A program made the translations under genes and the position numbers. A DNA stretch of 64,000 nucleotides, taken from the human T2T-CHM13v2.0 reference genome, Homo sapiens. Location of the stretch: the NCBI RefSeq assembly GCF_009914755.1, contig NC_060929.1; one strand, given 5' to 3'. The notes beneath the pieces were generated by a model. The model had not been told where the DNA came from. It did no database searches and saw only the letters and a program-made list of their open reading frames with translations. Below are positions 63,681 through 64,000 of the stretch, in pieces (the first letter of the stretch is position 1; every line of letters begins with the position of its first letter).

Positions 63681-64000
63681 TAAATAGAAGTACTTTATAC
63701 TAATATGATACACCAAGTTAGGAAATAGAAGACCAGTTTTTTCAAATAGTTGGGTTTTTGTGGCAAATGTCATTGCATTTGGCTGTGTGTACCCTGTAAA
63801 GTGTTTGAGTTACAGTTTCCATGCAGTCCAGGTGGAATCTTAACAGGCTTAATCATGGTATCACAGATGAATATAATGAAACATCAGCAGACGTCACAGC
63901 TATTCTCAAACTGTCTGCCTATTTGTTTGGGCTAGAAATGAAAACATGAGGAGGGGAAAGATATCCTTAAGTCAGGTAATTAAAAATCTCCAAAGACCAA

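Overview
Primate (most likely human) AT-rich, repeat-dense intronic or intergenic DNA. I recognise no host protein-coding gene, RNA gene or CRISPR-type locus. Nearly all ORFs in the track are L1/Alu fragments or chance ORFs. The window holds three L1PA elements on the - strand that keep both ends (L1PA6-like 5.8-11.2 kb with a ~0.77-kb internal deletion; L1PA13-16-like 19.5-23.8 kb, rearranged; full-length L1PA7-like 34.2-40.7 kb), old L1M pieces, 10 Alus plus a FLAM, MLT1/MLT2 LTRs, DNA transposons (Tigger3b, MER30, MER2, MER5, MER33, Charlie4-like), and L2/MIR fragments. I found no convincing novel multi-gene system. The best second-look items are: an open, C-terminally extended L1 ORF0 (10798-11130); two templated-insertion/palindrome scars (9379-9457, 54781-54961); a non-repeat CpG-retaining candidate 144-nt exon (57440-57583); a 12-bp-stem hairpin (42826-42896); two short TSD-flanked retro-inserts; an MLT1-borne ARE/E-box/CCAAT cluster; and a CTCF motif. 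Repeat subfamily names come from recalled consensus features, not from a database search. Boundaries of old repeats are approximate.
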